Source: a virus
Lineage: Duplodnaviria > Caudoviricetes
Virus record (IMG/VR): IMGVR_UViG_3300013121_000034
Span: 65,024-129,023 of that record
Length of the DNA stretch: 64,000 nucleotides
Reading direction: 5' to 3' (one strand)
The notes under the pieces are model-generated. The model saw nothing but the letters and a program-made list of their open reading frames with translations. It made no database searches and was not told where the DNA came from. Below are positions 1 through 9,900 of this stretch, in pieces; within the stretch, counting starts at the first letter, position 1, and every line of letters starts with the position of its first letter. The translations under genes and the position numbers were made by a program.

Positions 1-309
1 AACAGTCCGTATGAAATGCGTTCACGCGAAATTCCCGGCGTGCGCTTTATTTGGCTGATGGAGAAATCCGACTATCTCGCAGTGTCGCGCGGAAATCCGT
101 TGCATATTACGGAAGCTTCGATTCCGGCATTGTCGCGCTCGCATGGTCCGGCAACTACACCGTCGAAACGAGAGGAACCGACGGACATGGAAAAAGCAAA
201 ACGCCGTCAGCAATTCGGTTATCGTTTCGGCGAAAACAAAAAGGACGAAGACTCCGACCGGCACATGCGTCCGTTCGGCGTGCCGTTGCCAAAAACGAGA
301 AAGCCGTGA
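1..309 (+). CDS. hypothetical protein (probably 5'-truncated by the window edge)
   Basis: Frame is open from base 1 to TGA at 307-309; the stop overlaps a GTG start of the next ORF (GTGA coupling). Confidence 0.5.
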   Translation, partial: NSPYEMRSREIPGVRFIWLMEKSDYLAVSRGNPLHITEASIPALSRSHGPATTPSKREEPTDMEKAKRRQQFGYRFGENKKDEDSDRHMRPFGVPLPKTRKP

Positions 310-530
310 GCATTCCAATCGTTCGCGTGCCGAAGGAATTTGCGTCTCTTGGAGCAGAGAATTGCTGTTTCTGCTTCAAGCCGACGTTCTTTTGGTTCAA
401 GAAAAACGACGTGGCCGTATGCGCCGACTGCGCGCCGAAAAATCGAGTGAAAGACGTTCCGACCAAAAAGGTTTGGTGCGCAGCCGTTCGCAAGCGCGGC
501 CTCGTTTCTAGGCCGGGAATTTGTGTGTAA
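306..530 (+). CDS. small Cys-rich, zinc-finger-like protein
   Basis: GTG at 306 overlaps the upstream stop; CCFC...CADC Cys pairs; ends immediately before the next gene at 531. Confidence 0.55.
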   Translation: MSIPIVRVPKEFASLGAENCCFCFKPTFFWFKKNDVAVCADCAPKNRVKDVPTKKVWCAAVRKRGLVSRPGICV

Positions 531-995
531 GTGGCGAAAAAGAAAACCGTCAGCGGAAAATGCGATCTGTGCCCTGCGAGTTATGGACCGCATCCAGCAT
601 TAGACGAACATCACGTTACGCTGCAAGCCGCTGGCGGTAAACGACTTCCGACGATTCTCATTTGCCCGAACTGTCACACGAATCTGCACAAACAGGCGTT
701 GAACGTTTTGGCGAAGGGGGTAGCGAATAAAGCCTACTTTTCTAGTGAGTGCATGCCGAAGGCTTTGCCGTATGTCAAAGCCATCATCCAATCCATCATC
801 GCAATAAGGGAGACAAACCTCGACCACGTCCCAATTACCCTCATGTTAAAAATGCCGCGCGGACACAGGAACGCGCTGCACACGTTGAAAATGGATGCAG
901 GATTCAAAAACCTTGAAAAGTTCTGCGTTCATGTCCTCGTGAAATATGCAAGGGAAAAGGGAATACCACTACCGACTTCGCTTGAGTTCGACTAG
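531..995 (+). CDS. HNH-endonuclease-like protein with possible C-terminal ribbon-helix-helix domain
   Basis: CDLC...DEHHV...GG...LICPNCH is the HNH/zinc pattern; the C-terminal LMLKMPRGHRNALHTLKMDAGFKNLEKFCVHVL looks like strand-helix-helix. Confidence 0.65.
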   Translation: MAKKKTVSGKCDLCPASYGPHPALDEHHVTLQAAGGKRLPTILICPNCHTNLHKQALNVLAKGVANKAYFSSECMPKALPYVKAIIQSIIAIRETNLDHVPITLMLKMPRGHRNALHTLKMDAGFKNLEKFCVHVLVKYAREKGIPLPTSLEFD

Positions 996-1032
996 CTTTC
1001 CAATCAACAAACCAAACGCTAGAGAATGTCAG

Positions 1033-1848
1033 ATGACCGCAGAGACAACGAACAACGAAGCCAAGGAATCGGAACGCCGCCGTCCCATACCGCTTAGTGA
1101 GCAATTTCGCCACAAAACGGACAAGACGAAAAAGTTATCATCGACTGGAGTCCCCAATCTGCTGCCGAGCGTGCATTGCGAATCGTGCATTTTCTTTCGC
1201 CGCATTCGCCATAGCAGTTTCGCAGAGCCGTGCAGCAAACTAGGCGTTATGCCGAAAGCAAATCCGTGTCGTCGCTTTTCAGCGGCCCCGGAAGCGTTCA
1301 ATTTCCGCTCCGACAAATTGCTTCGCGTTTTTGCGAAGACCGTGAGCCGAATGGGACGTGATCTTTTGCCGCTCATTGCCAGCGTGATGATGCGCGAAAG
1401 CAAGACCCGCAAAAAGGGTTTCTATTTTGGACAGCCTGTGTATGTGCGTGCGTTCGGCGGCGATTACCGTTCGAATTATCGCAAGGCATTTGTTGTCTAC
1501 GTCGACAAGAAACTCGCGTATCTGTGCGACGGCTTCAACAAAGATGGCGTGAATTTCACTGCCAGCATTTCGTGGGAGTCGTTGCTGACCGAGGAACAGT
1601 GGGAAGCGAAAAAGGCGCAGCTTGAAGCGCGAAAGCATTTGAAAGACCCACGGCTTCTCGAATACACGACTGTCGTTGGATCGAAAGACCCGCTCGAAGG
1701 CTACGTGCCGCCGACCATCGACACCGACTTCTCGCGCGAAAATAAGAAGCGCAAGACGTTCAAAGACGCCAAGACGAATTACGCATCAATCAACCACAAG
1801 GACCGGGTGGACGAGGTATTTCAGGCGCGCGGCCAACAGCGCACCTAA
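1033..1848 (+). CDS. hypothetical phage protein with Cys cluster
   Basis: Long ORF (track 946..1848); ATG 1033 avoids overlap with the upstream gene; CESCIFF...C...C motif. Confidence 0.7.
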   Translation: MTAETTNNEAKESERRRPIPLSEQFRHKTDKTKKLSSTGVPNLLPSVHCESCIFFRRIRHSSFAEPCSKLGVMPKANPCRRFSAAPEAFNFRSDKLLRVFAKTVSRMGRDLLPLIASVMMRESKTRKKGFYFGQPVYVRAFGGDYRSNYRKAFVVYVDKKLAYLCDGFNKDGVNFTASISWESLLTEEQWEAKKAQLEARKHLKDPRLLEYTTVVGSKDPLEGYVPPTIDTDFSRENKKRKTFKDAKTNYASINHKDRVDEVFQARGQQRT

Positions 1849-1889
1849 GCCTTTTCCAATTCGAAATCCTAGTGGGAGATTAAGCGGCC

Positions 1890-2942
1890 ATGAAAAAGCT
1901 GCTGCACTCGATCTTTGGCGAAAGCGTTGTCTTCGACGACGCTGCGAAAGCCTGCTTCATCATGTGCGTCATGGGACAGGCCGAGCGGAAAGAACTGCAA
2001 ACACGTTTGCGCAAATTGAATCGCGGCCATGTCGTGAAATTCGACTGGCCATATGAGACGATTTTGCGTTTGCGTTGTGCGATCCTGCAAAGCATCAAAG
2101 CCAAGCATGACGTGCAAGTGATTCAAGCCTTCACCAATCAGGGTTTGAAACGCTGGCATCGTCACGTAATGACCGCGATCAAAGAGTTGCGTTTAACGAC
2201 GCGGATCAAGTCGCTCAAGGTGGAAGCGAAGCCTGACATTTTCACCGGCCAGAAATTGCTGGCGAACATCGTCAAGGCACAGACTTCCTCACTCAAAAAG
2301 TTTGCCGGGTGGAAGCTGAAATTCATCGTGCGTTATTACGCAACGACGCTCGATGATTTGGTTACAGAGATGCAGGCACGCTCGATCATCGCCTTCTATC
2401 GTGGCTTTCCCTATTACAGCGAAGCCCACATGGCAGGCTATATGCTACGCGCCGGTAAAAACTACGCGCTCACGATTATCACTTTCTACACGCGCGGAAA
2501 ACGAGCCGAGATTAAGAAGGCCGACCCCAATACCGGATTCGATTTCACGTTGACGCAAGCCCAAGCCCACATCGGTAAAACTAACGACGCTGGAAACGAT
2601 ATGGGGCGCAACGACTTGTTCGACCTTGCATCCATAACAGCCGAAACAAGTCCCGAAGACGTGACGAATTACGAGTTGTTTCTGCGACGCTGCAATAAGA
2701 AGCAGAAACAAGTCATCGGATTGCTCATGCTGCAACACGATCCGAAATTTCTGAGTTGGCTGCGCAGCAACGCGGAGTCTTCCGCGCACACATTGCCGGG
2801 TGTATTGCGTGACATTGGCGTCAAAGACTACATGCGCAAGGTCCGTAAATACGTTGGCATCGATCCTGACCGCTACAAAGAGTTTTTGTCGTTGCTCAAA
2901 GACGAAACTCCCTCCGTTGCGGTCTTGGCCTCACGGATTTAA
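1890..2942 (+). CDS. putative divergent RNA polymerase sigma factor
   Basis: GGGAG Shine-Dalgarno-like sequence upstream; LDDLVTEMQARSIIAF...AGYMLRAGKNYAL resembles sigma region 2; CNKKQKQVIGLLML resembles the start of region 4. The ORF is secure, the function is tentative. Confidence 0.5.
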   Translation: MKKLLHSIFGESVVFDDAAKACFIMCVMGQAERKELQTRLRKLNRGHVVKFDWPYETILRLRCAILQSIKAKHDVQVIQAFTNQGLKRWHRHVMTAIKELRLTTRIKSLKVEAKPDIFTGQKLLANIVKAQTSSLKKFAGWKLKFIVRYYATTLDDLVTEMQARSIIAFYRGFPYYSEAHMAGYMLRAGKNYALTIITFYTRGKRAEIKKADPNTGFDFTLTQAQAHIGKTNDAGNDMGRNDLFDLASITAETSPEDVTNYELFLRRCNKKQKQVIGLLMLQHDPKFLSWLRSNAESSAHTLPGVLRDIGVKDYMRKVRKYVGIDPDRYKEFLSLLKDETPSVAVLASRI

Positions 2943-3140
2943 TAACAGTCGGCAAACTCTACCTCACAAAGATTGAGACTAATTGGCTCAATTGCGTGAT
3001 GGTAAAGGAACTGCATAGCGATGATGCTTGAGTGCATCTAGCAACGTAATTCTTCCGCCCTAATTCCTATCGCTTCGCGGTGAAGGCGGAAGACTTTAAT
3101 AGCCCCTCCGCCGCGAAGCATGACTCGAAAGGTGAATACC

Positions 3141-3815
3141 ATGTCAAAGTTTGTTGTTCTGCGTGGATCGGATACCGCCGTCCTCGCAACTGATCTGCGG
3201 TTTTCGGCAACGTATCATATGCGCACTGTTTGGGACGTTCGCGTTCCTGAGCAGCCGGGCGAATCGTTCATGCGTTCGGGACAGAAAGTTCTCGTTATGC
3301 GTTTGCACGGCACGCTGCCGAAGGGTGAGCCGGAATTTGTCGGCGAGAGCGCCGTTTATTTCGGCGAACCGAAGGTCGAAAATATTGAGGAACGCGTGAA
3401 GCGTATTCTCGCGCTTCCCGAAGACGAGGACGACGAGGAAGGAATTTCCGCCGTCAAAAAGCTTCGCACTGGCGCGATGAATCGCATCGAAGGCTATCAC
3501 AAGCAACTGACGGCAAAAGTCACTGCGATGCAAATTGCGGCGCAGCAGGCAAATCAGCCGCAGCCCGTGCAAGTGCAGGACGCTTCCGGCATGCCTGCAC
3601 CGCCGACAACTTTTACGCCGGTCGCAGGTCCGGTGTGGACTGCCGAGGAAGAAACGAAAATGCAGGAACGCGCCGCGTGGTTGCAGAAGGTATTTTCGGG
3701 CGCGTCGGAAGACGAGGATATCGATATCAACGCAGCGGAAATTGACGACGATCTGCGCGAGCAGGCCCGCGATCTTTTCGCCGCTGAAATCGACAAGATT
3801 AATCAAGGTCTGTAA
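3141..3815 (+). CDS. hypothetical protein
   Basis: AAGGTG Shine-Dalgarno before ATG 3141 (alternative ATG 3120); acidic and Q/P-rich C-terminal half. Confidence 0.75.
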   Translation: MSKFVVLRGSDTAVLATDLRFSATYHMRTVWDVRVPEQPGESFMRSGQKVLVMRLHGTLPKGEPEFVGESAVYFGEPKVENIEERVKRILALPEDEDDEEGISAVKKLRTGAMNRIEGYHKQLTAKVTAMQIAAQQANQPQPVQVQDASGMPAPPTTFTPVAGPVWTAEEETKMQERAAWLQKVFSGASEDEDIDINAAEIDDDLREQARDLFAAEIDKINQGL

Positions 3816-3831
3816 GACGTTTCCGGGGCAC

Positions 3832-3840
3832 GTCTAATTT
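3832..3840 (+). promoter_or_regulatory. putative late-promoter motif GTCTAATTT
   Basis: Same 9-mer as found upstream of several structural operons on the - strand. Confidence 0.45.
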
Positions 3841-3845
3841 AGGAC

Positions 3846-3969
3846 GTGCCTCGAACGACTCCCGAACACCTGAGTTGTTGCCCTTCTTCTGCGGTCTGGC
3901 ATCATGGTGGTCCTCCCTGTAGTCGGGAGTCGAAACTAGGGCGGCGGAAATTTCCGCCGCCCCTTTTTT
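3846..3969 (+). ncRNA. candidate small structured RNA
   Basis: Lies between the promoter-like motif and the terminator; CGACTCCCGA (3855-3864) pairs with TCGGGAGTCG (3923-3932); the enclosed region contains anti-SD-like TCCTCCCT. Confidence 0.35.
3939..3969 (+). terminator. rho-independent terminator between convergent transcription units
   Basis: Perfect inverted repeat GGGCGGCGGAAA/TTTCCGCCGCCC followed by a T tract. Confidence 0.85.
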
Positions 3970-3996
3970 GTCTTCAATTCGAACTTTTTAATGGTG

Positions 3997-6900
3997 CTAC
4001 AGCACGCCTTTTATTGGCGTCAACTGAGATAGTCGATCACGCGTGTAGCTTATCATAGCGCGGTAAATGACGCGCCACTCTTTCTTATGCAGCTTGCGCT
4101 TGAACGTTAAATCTTCCTCGAATCGATCACGCAAATAATCAAGGCACATGGCCTCGCCGCCCTTCGATACGATCATATCGATGGCGCGGCTCATATCAGC
4201 CTTGGCTAGTGCCTCGCTTTCATAGCGCGACACGATGCTGTTATACCGCTGCGCAATCTTTTGTGCGAAGGCGTTTGAGAATTTGCGATACATGACCGAG
4301 AAATCGCGCGGCGCTATCGCAGCATCGAACGTGGTTATGTTTTTCAACTGGATCGGTGCAGTCGAAATTGGCGTGCCTTGGATAATACCCCACGACTGGC
4401 ACTGCTTCTTTGTGAGCGGGAAATTACCTAGCGTGCGCGTGTCATAGAACTTGCGCAAGATAGGCTTGCCTGTGTCCCAATTCACTGCGCCTGCCGTCAC
4501 TTTGATCGACGCGCCCATTCCCATGAAGCCGAGAGACGTGCGCTGAATAGCGCGGCGCGCTTTTCGAATATCAACACGCGTGCCGTTCTGGCGCGCAATC
4601 AACGCCATGACGTTTTGAATTTCAAGGTCGAGTTGGCGAGGCGTGATGACGCCGACGTATTTGTAAATCAGGAAGCGCCTGAACGCGCCTGATATAAAAG
4701 TGCGCTTGTTCCAGCCGATAGGCGTGCGGAACAGCTTGCCACGTGTGCGCACGGTCAACACGACCATATACGGCGAGCGAATCTTTTCCCCAATCCAAAA
4801 CGCAGTCGGTGTAGACGCTATGGTCATTCGTGCGCGTTCGCCGGAATGACCCGACTTAGCACGCGCACCGGAAATGCGATCACCGTAAATGTGTTTCAGT
4901 TTCGGGAATTTCTTTTTCACAATTGCTAGAAGCTGACGCACTCCCGTCGCGCCTAGCTTATGTTGTGCCGCTCCGAAAATGTTGACCTTGGCGTATTCCT
5001 TAGACCCATCAACAAATTTGATAGCCAACTCAGCTTCTTTTTGTCCGTCGATCAGAATTGAATACATGTGCAACACGTAGCGGCCATCTTGCATATTGCG
5101 GCCACGTTCAATGCCGTTCGACTCCAGCTTGATATTCAAACCAAGCTTGGCTACTGCCATATTCTTTTTCGTGTTCTCGCGAACGAGCGCCGCCGCCTTC
5201 GAGCCTTCAAACGATTTGAAGAATTTCGATTCCTTGATCGCGTCGCCTCTATCGCCCCATTGTTTTATGTCCAGCACGTCGATGTGGTAGCCGTCAGGGA
5301 AATCGTCTTTGATGATTTGCAGCAGCACGTTAGCCGCTCGGCGCGCAATACCGTCCTTCTTAAAATCGACGTTGAAGGAATTGTTGTCCTGATCGAGCGC
5401 CGAGCAGCGAACCCATCCCAAAACATTCGTCGCGTAGAAACGAGCAATCAGCTTGCGCTTGGGATCGCTTTCGGAAAATTCCTCGCCTGTGAACGTCTTG
5501 TAGAAGGGATGAAAGCCGTCATCGTTCTTTAGCGCGGCATACGCAACGCTGGTATGCGTGTTGTCCTCGCCAACCGGCAATTCACGGCCTTCGTGCGTAA
5601 TCCACATGTCCATTGACGTGCGCGTTTTGTATGACGCGATGGCCTCTGTTACACGCGGAAACGTTTTCAAATGCTGGAGTGTTTCGTGCTTGTCCGTAGA
5701 CGAGAAAAAGTGTTCGTCTGTGCGCCCGCTCAAATCGTCTACGAGATAACGTTCGCGTGTTTTATCTGCGGGGCGGAAACGCTGCAACACGCGTGCTGCC
5801 ATCGTTACAGCCGCACGTGTCGGGAAGCTTTTATGCATTGCGAAATCAATTTCGCTTGGCATCATTATGACACGCACCCATCCCAAACGACGATAGGCGT
5901 AACCCATCGTTGCGTCTTTGACAGTGTTCGGCTGCGCCATTTCCATGTCGCGGTAATGATATTCTTTTTTGAACCATGCTTGGAAATCAGCGTCGTCTTT
6001 GAAACGCGTGACGCAATAATCCAAGTGCATAGTGTGTCCAAGGTCGATCAGCTTACCGTTTTCGTCGATCCAGTAACCGCCGATAGAGCCTGCTGTTTCC
6101 TCCAAACCTTTCGATGGCTGTGTGCGCGCTTTTTGAAGCAACTCAACTGCCAAATGGCGCTTGTCGCGCGACAATTTCGCGGCGCGGATATTCGATATGT
6201 CCAGCGGAAGACGCTGCACAACGTCCAAATTCACGAACTCAAGATCGGTGCCAATCTCCGCCATAAGGCGAATGCATGCGTTGACCGCGCGGCCAGATAG
6301 CGCACCATTTAAGAACATGAAAGACAGCGACGCATCGCCATATTCATCATAACGAGCGCGCACCCATCCGTCCTTGATAGCACGCTCCACCGTCAAGCCT
6401 ACACGGCTGATATATGTGCGGTGTGAGTCTGACGCCTTGAGCGTGTGCTTTTTGCCGTCGGGCGCTATCCAGTATTTTTCCTCGGCGTAGGACGCAGCTT
6501 TCGCTTCGTGCTTGGCGACGTTATTTTGCAGCACCGAAAACAGCCGCGATTTCTCATGCGGTTCAAATTTGCCGCCGACGTTACGCAGGATATTCTTTTC
6601 GTGGTAGGTAACGTCGAGATAGGTGTCCTCTTGAGTGTCACGCAGTTGGCGAACAAGTGTGCGATACGCTTTGAGGCTCAAACGATCCTTCGAAATTTCG
6701 ATTGCGTTGCGATGCGTGTTGCGCACGCGGACCCATCCACGATGCAACAGATAATCGACGGTGCTGGAATATTGCTGATCCTCAAATTCTTTTTTGTCCG
6801 CAGGGTGCTTGGCAATCCAATCGGCTGCGAAATCCATATGGTCTTCGTCGATCCAATGGATTTTGCCATCGGCGTCGATGAAGCAGTTGTTATTCGTATC

Positions 6901-9900
6901 CCAAATGGATGCGTCCGACGCAAAAAGTTCAAGCTGACCCTTTGGAGTCGCCTTGCGCCCGCGATAGCGCGCCAGAATTTCCTCGAATACGTTGCCTGCC
7001 GCTTTCAACGCACCGGGAATTTCGCCCTCGCGATGGCCCAACATGAATGCAAGGCGCACTCTTTTTAGCACCTTGAAGCGATTAGCCTTGTTCAGCTTGT
7101 ATTTCTTGGCGAACGGCTCAAGCTTATCGCGGTAGAAACCATCCCACGTATTAAACAACGCCTTGTGCTTTTCGAAATACAGCGGACGGACGATCTGCTC
7201 ATTTTCGAAATCGTGAAAGCCTTCGATGTAACGCAGCGTGATTTCGTCCAGCGACGCATGCACGACTGCACCTTTGATATTGTGCGCTATCTGCTGCATG
7301 GCTTCGCGACGCGTAAACTTTTTCGTAGGCACCGCCGTATCAGCGCCCCACGGATGATTTTTGTCTACAACGGCCACGTAATAGGCGATCGGATTTTCGG
7401 GATCGTCGCGGCGTTGCGACAACGCACGAATGAGTTTCATCGCCGCAGGCTTGGCGATTTCTTTTTGCGCTACGTCGTATGCATTATCTGCGGCCATGCG
7501 AATCCAGCCGAGTTCGCGCATAGCGAACGCGGTATATGGATAGTATTCGCGGCCCTTATCGCTTTTGCGCCACGCCGCAAATTCTTTTTTGTGATCGCGT
7601 AGGATCAATTCGCGTGCGCGATGTTCGTGATCGTATTGCGCCGGATGGCCGACCCAAACGACTGCACCACCATGCAGCAACCAAAACCGCCCGTCATCGT
7701 CATCAATCCATGAATGCGAGACGTTGGCCGTGATTTGTTTTTTAGCCACGTTCTTTCTTAGCACAACGTTCAACTCGTATAGCGAGTTGGCGCGTGCGTA
7801 ATCATGCTCAAAACCTTTTGCGTCCGGTTGTTCGGATATAATTTCTACGACAGCTTTGTCAAAACCGTTGTCCTTGAAAATAGAAGCAAGGGCGCTAGCT
7901 TGTGTCGACGTTAAGCCGCCTTTGGGAATGGAAATGGACAAAGAGTTACGATCAGTTGCAAAATAACGGTTGATAGTGCGTGCGTAACCGTAGGCCGTTT
8001 GCAAGGCTTCGGTCGGATATTCTTTATAGAGAGAAGGTGCGTTCAAGCGTGAACGAATCACAGCACTGGCGAGATACCAATGTTTTTCAAAGTCGACGTT
8101 TTCAATTTTTCCGTTCGGACTGATCCAATAGCCGTAAGGCATTTGGCCTTCCGCTTGGGCGGTTTCCTCGTTCTTTTTGAACTCTGGAATGCCTTTGCGA
8201 TTATACTGTGCGCGCATCAGCTTTTTGCGCTCGTCGCTATTCCGCCATGTGAACTCAAAATGCTTGTCGTCAATGTTGATTTCGGTCGTTTTGAAACCGC
8301 CGCCGCCTGATCGGAACAAACGCTCCAACGTTTCGAGTGCTTTATGCGACGCGCGATTATTCGCCATGTCGATAGTGGCGCGCCTGTGGTAGTCGGGCGA
8401 ATGTGTGTCGACGTCTTCGTTGCCGCTCGCTTCGTCGTGACCGCGCGGCAACGTCAAGCGAATCCAGCCGCGCTTGCGCATCAGAAATGCAGATAATCCG
8501 TCGTGGTCTTTTGCGTCGGCGAACTTTTGGATTTCAGCATCGTTCGGAAATTGCTGGGCGACAGTGTTGACATAGCCTTTCTTGCTAACGATACCAATGT
8601 AATCGCCACTATCAGTAATCCAAGCACCGTAATATCCATCCAAGTCAAATAGCTTCTTTGACGCTTCCCACGACTCGCGCTCGGCTTTATCTTTTGCATC
8701 GAGAATCTTACTCCACTTGACGTTCAAGCCTTGCAGCATTTCCTTAAGCGTCTTGAAACCGTGCTTTTTCATTTCCGCAACCAACGCGTCGATGGTCTTG
8801 CGAATTTGAGAGTTCGGCTCCGAGTTGGCATTATGGATTGCCGCTTCAAGGCTCGCAACGACGTCGGCTGTCAGATGACCGTAAGCAGGATCAGCGCGAC
8901 GCACCCAATCATACCAAACTTTTTTCGCATGCTTATCAAGCTGCGAATATTTATCGACCTTGAACAACTGAATGAGGCCATGAATACGCACGCCGTCATA
9001 ACTCTTGCGGCGATCAGAGCCGCGATAGACGTAAGCGTCGCGAATTTCAGGACGTAGCGCCTTATAGGCGTCGAGCAAATACGACAGCGGCTTGGCGCGC
9101 AATTTGTTTTGCACCAAGAAGCTCTTTTTGTCGGCGTATATGAAAACGGGAATACGTTTGGCTTTGCACAGACGCACAAGCTTAAGCAGCCTTTCGGTTG
9201 CCTTGGGATATGTCTTTTCGTTTATGGATTTTTGCTCAGCTAGGATATGCACGCCATCAATAAGTTCTTTTGCGTTCGCCGGAATCTTCAAGCCTTCCGG
9301 CGTGTTGGACGTAATGCGTTCCTCGGCTTCGTCGTTGAATTGCGTTTTGCCGACGTTGCCACGATCCTGCCAATACGAAACAGGGTAAATCTTGAACCGC
9401 TTCGCGATGGTGCGACGGTTCAAGTTGAACATGACGTAGTAGTGCGCGGAGTTTGCGACGGCAAACGAATTGAGTTTCGAGCGCGTGAGGCTCAAAAAGT
9501 ACGAGTTGGGAACGTTTTGATCGGAGCGCGTGCCGACGATAGGGCGAAATTTGAACTCGCCTTGCTCCAAAATCGTGAGAGCGCGGTCAGGATACGTCGA
9601 GTGATAGAGAATGTAATCGTTTACGCTCGCGGTTTCGACGCGCTCTGTTTCATTGAAGGCTCGTACGCTAGGGTTCGCTACGTTGTTTCGCATCAACGAG
9701 GTCACGAAACTTTTTTGTGACGCGTCGTAAATATGACCCGCCGTATCCATCGGAATATCGACGTGTCCTTCGTCTGTGAAATCTACGATGTACTCGTTGG
9801 CCTCTTGCTTAACAAACCAACGCAAAAAAGTGCTGGCCGCGCGCGGTGCGACGCGTTTAGCGGCGGCTTGAACAACGAGCGACTCACCGTAAGAAATAGC

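Noticed and set aside
51-305. 5' extension of the 159-aa ORF 51..530
   Set aside because: Overlaps the ORF ending at 309; the GTGA-coupled start at 306 is more parsimonious.
3846-4058. 70-aa + strand ORF
   Set aside because: No Shine-Dalgarno; runs through the terminator and into the convergent gene.
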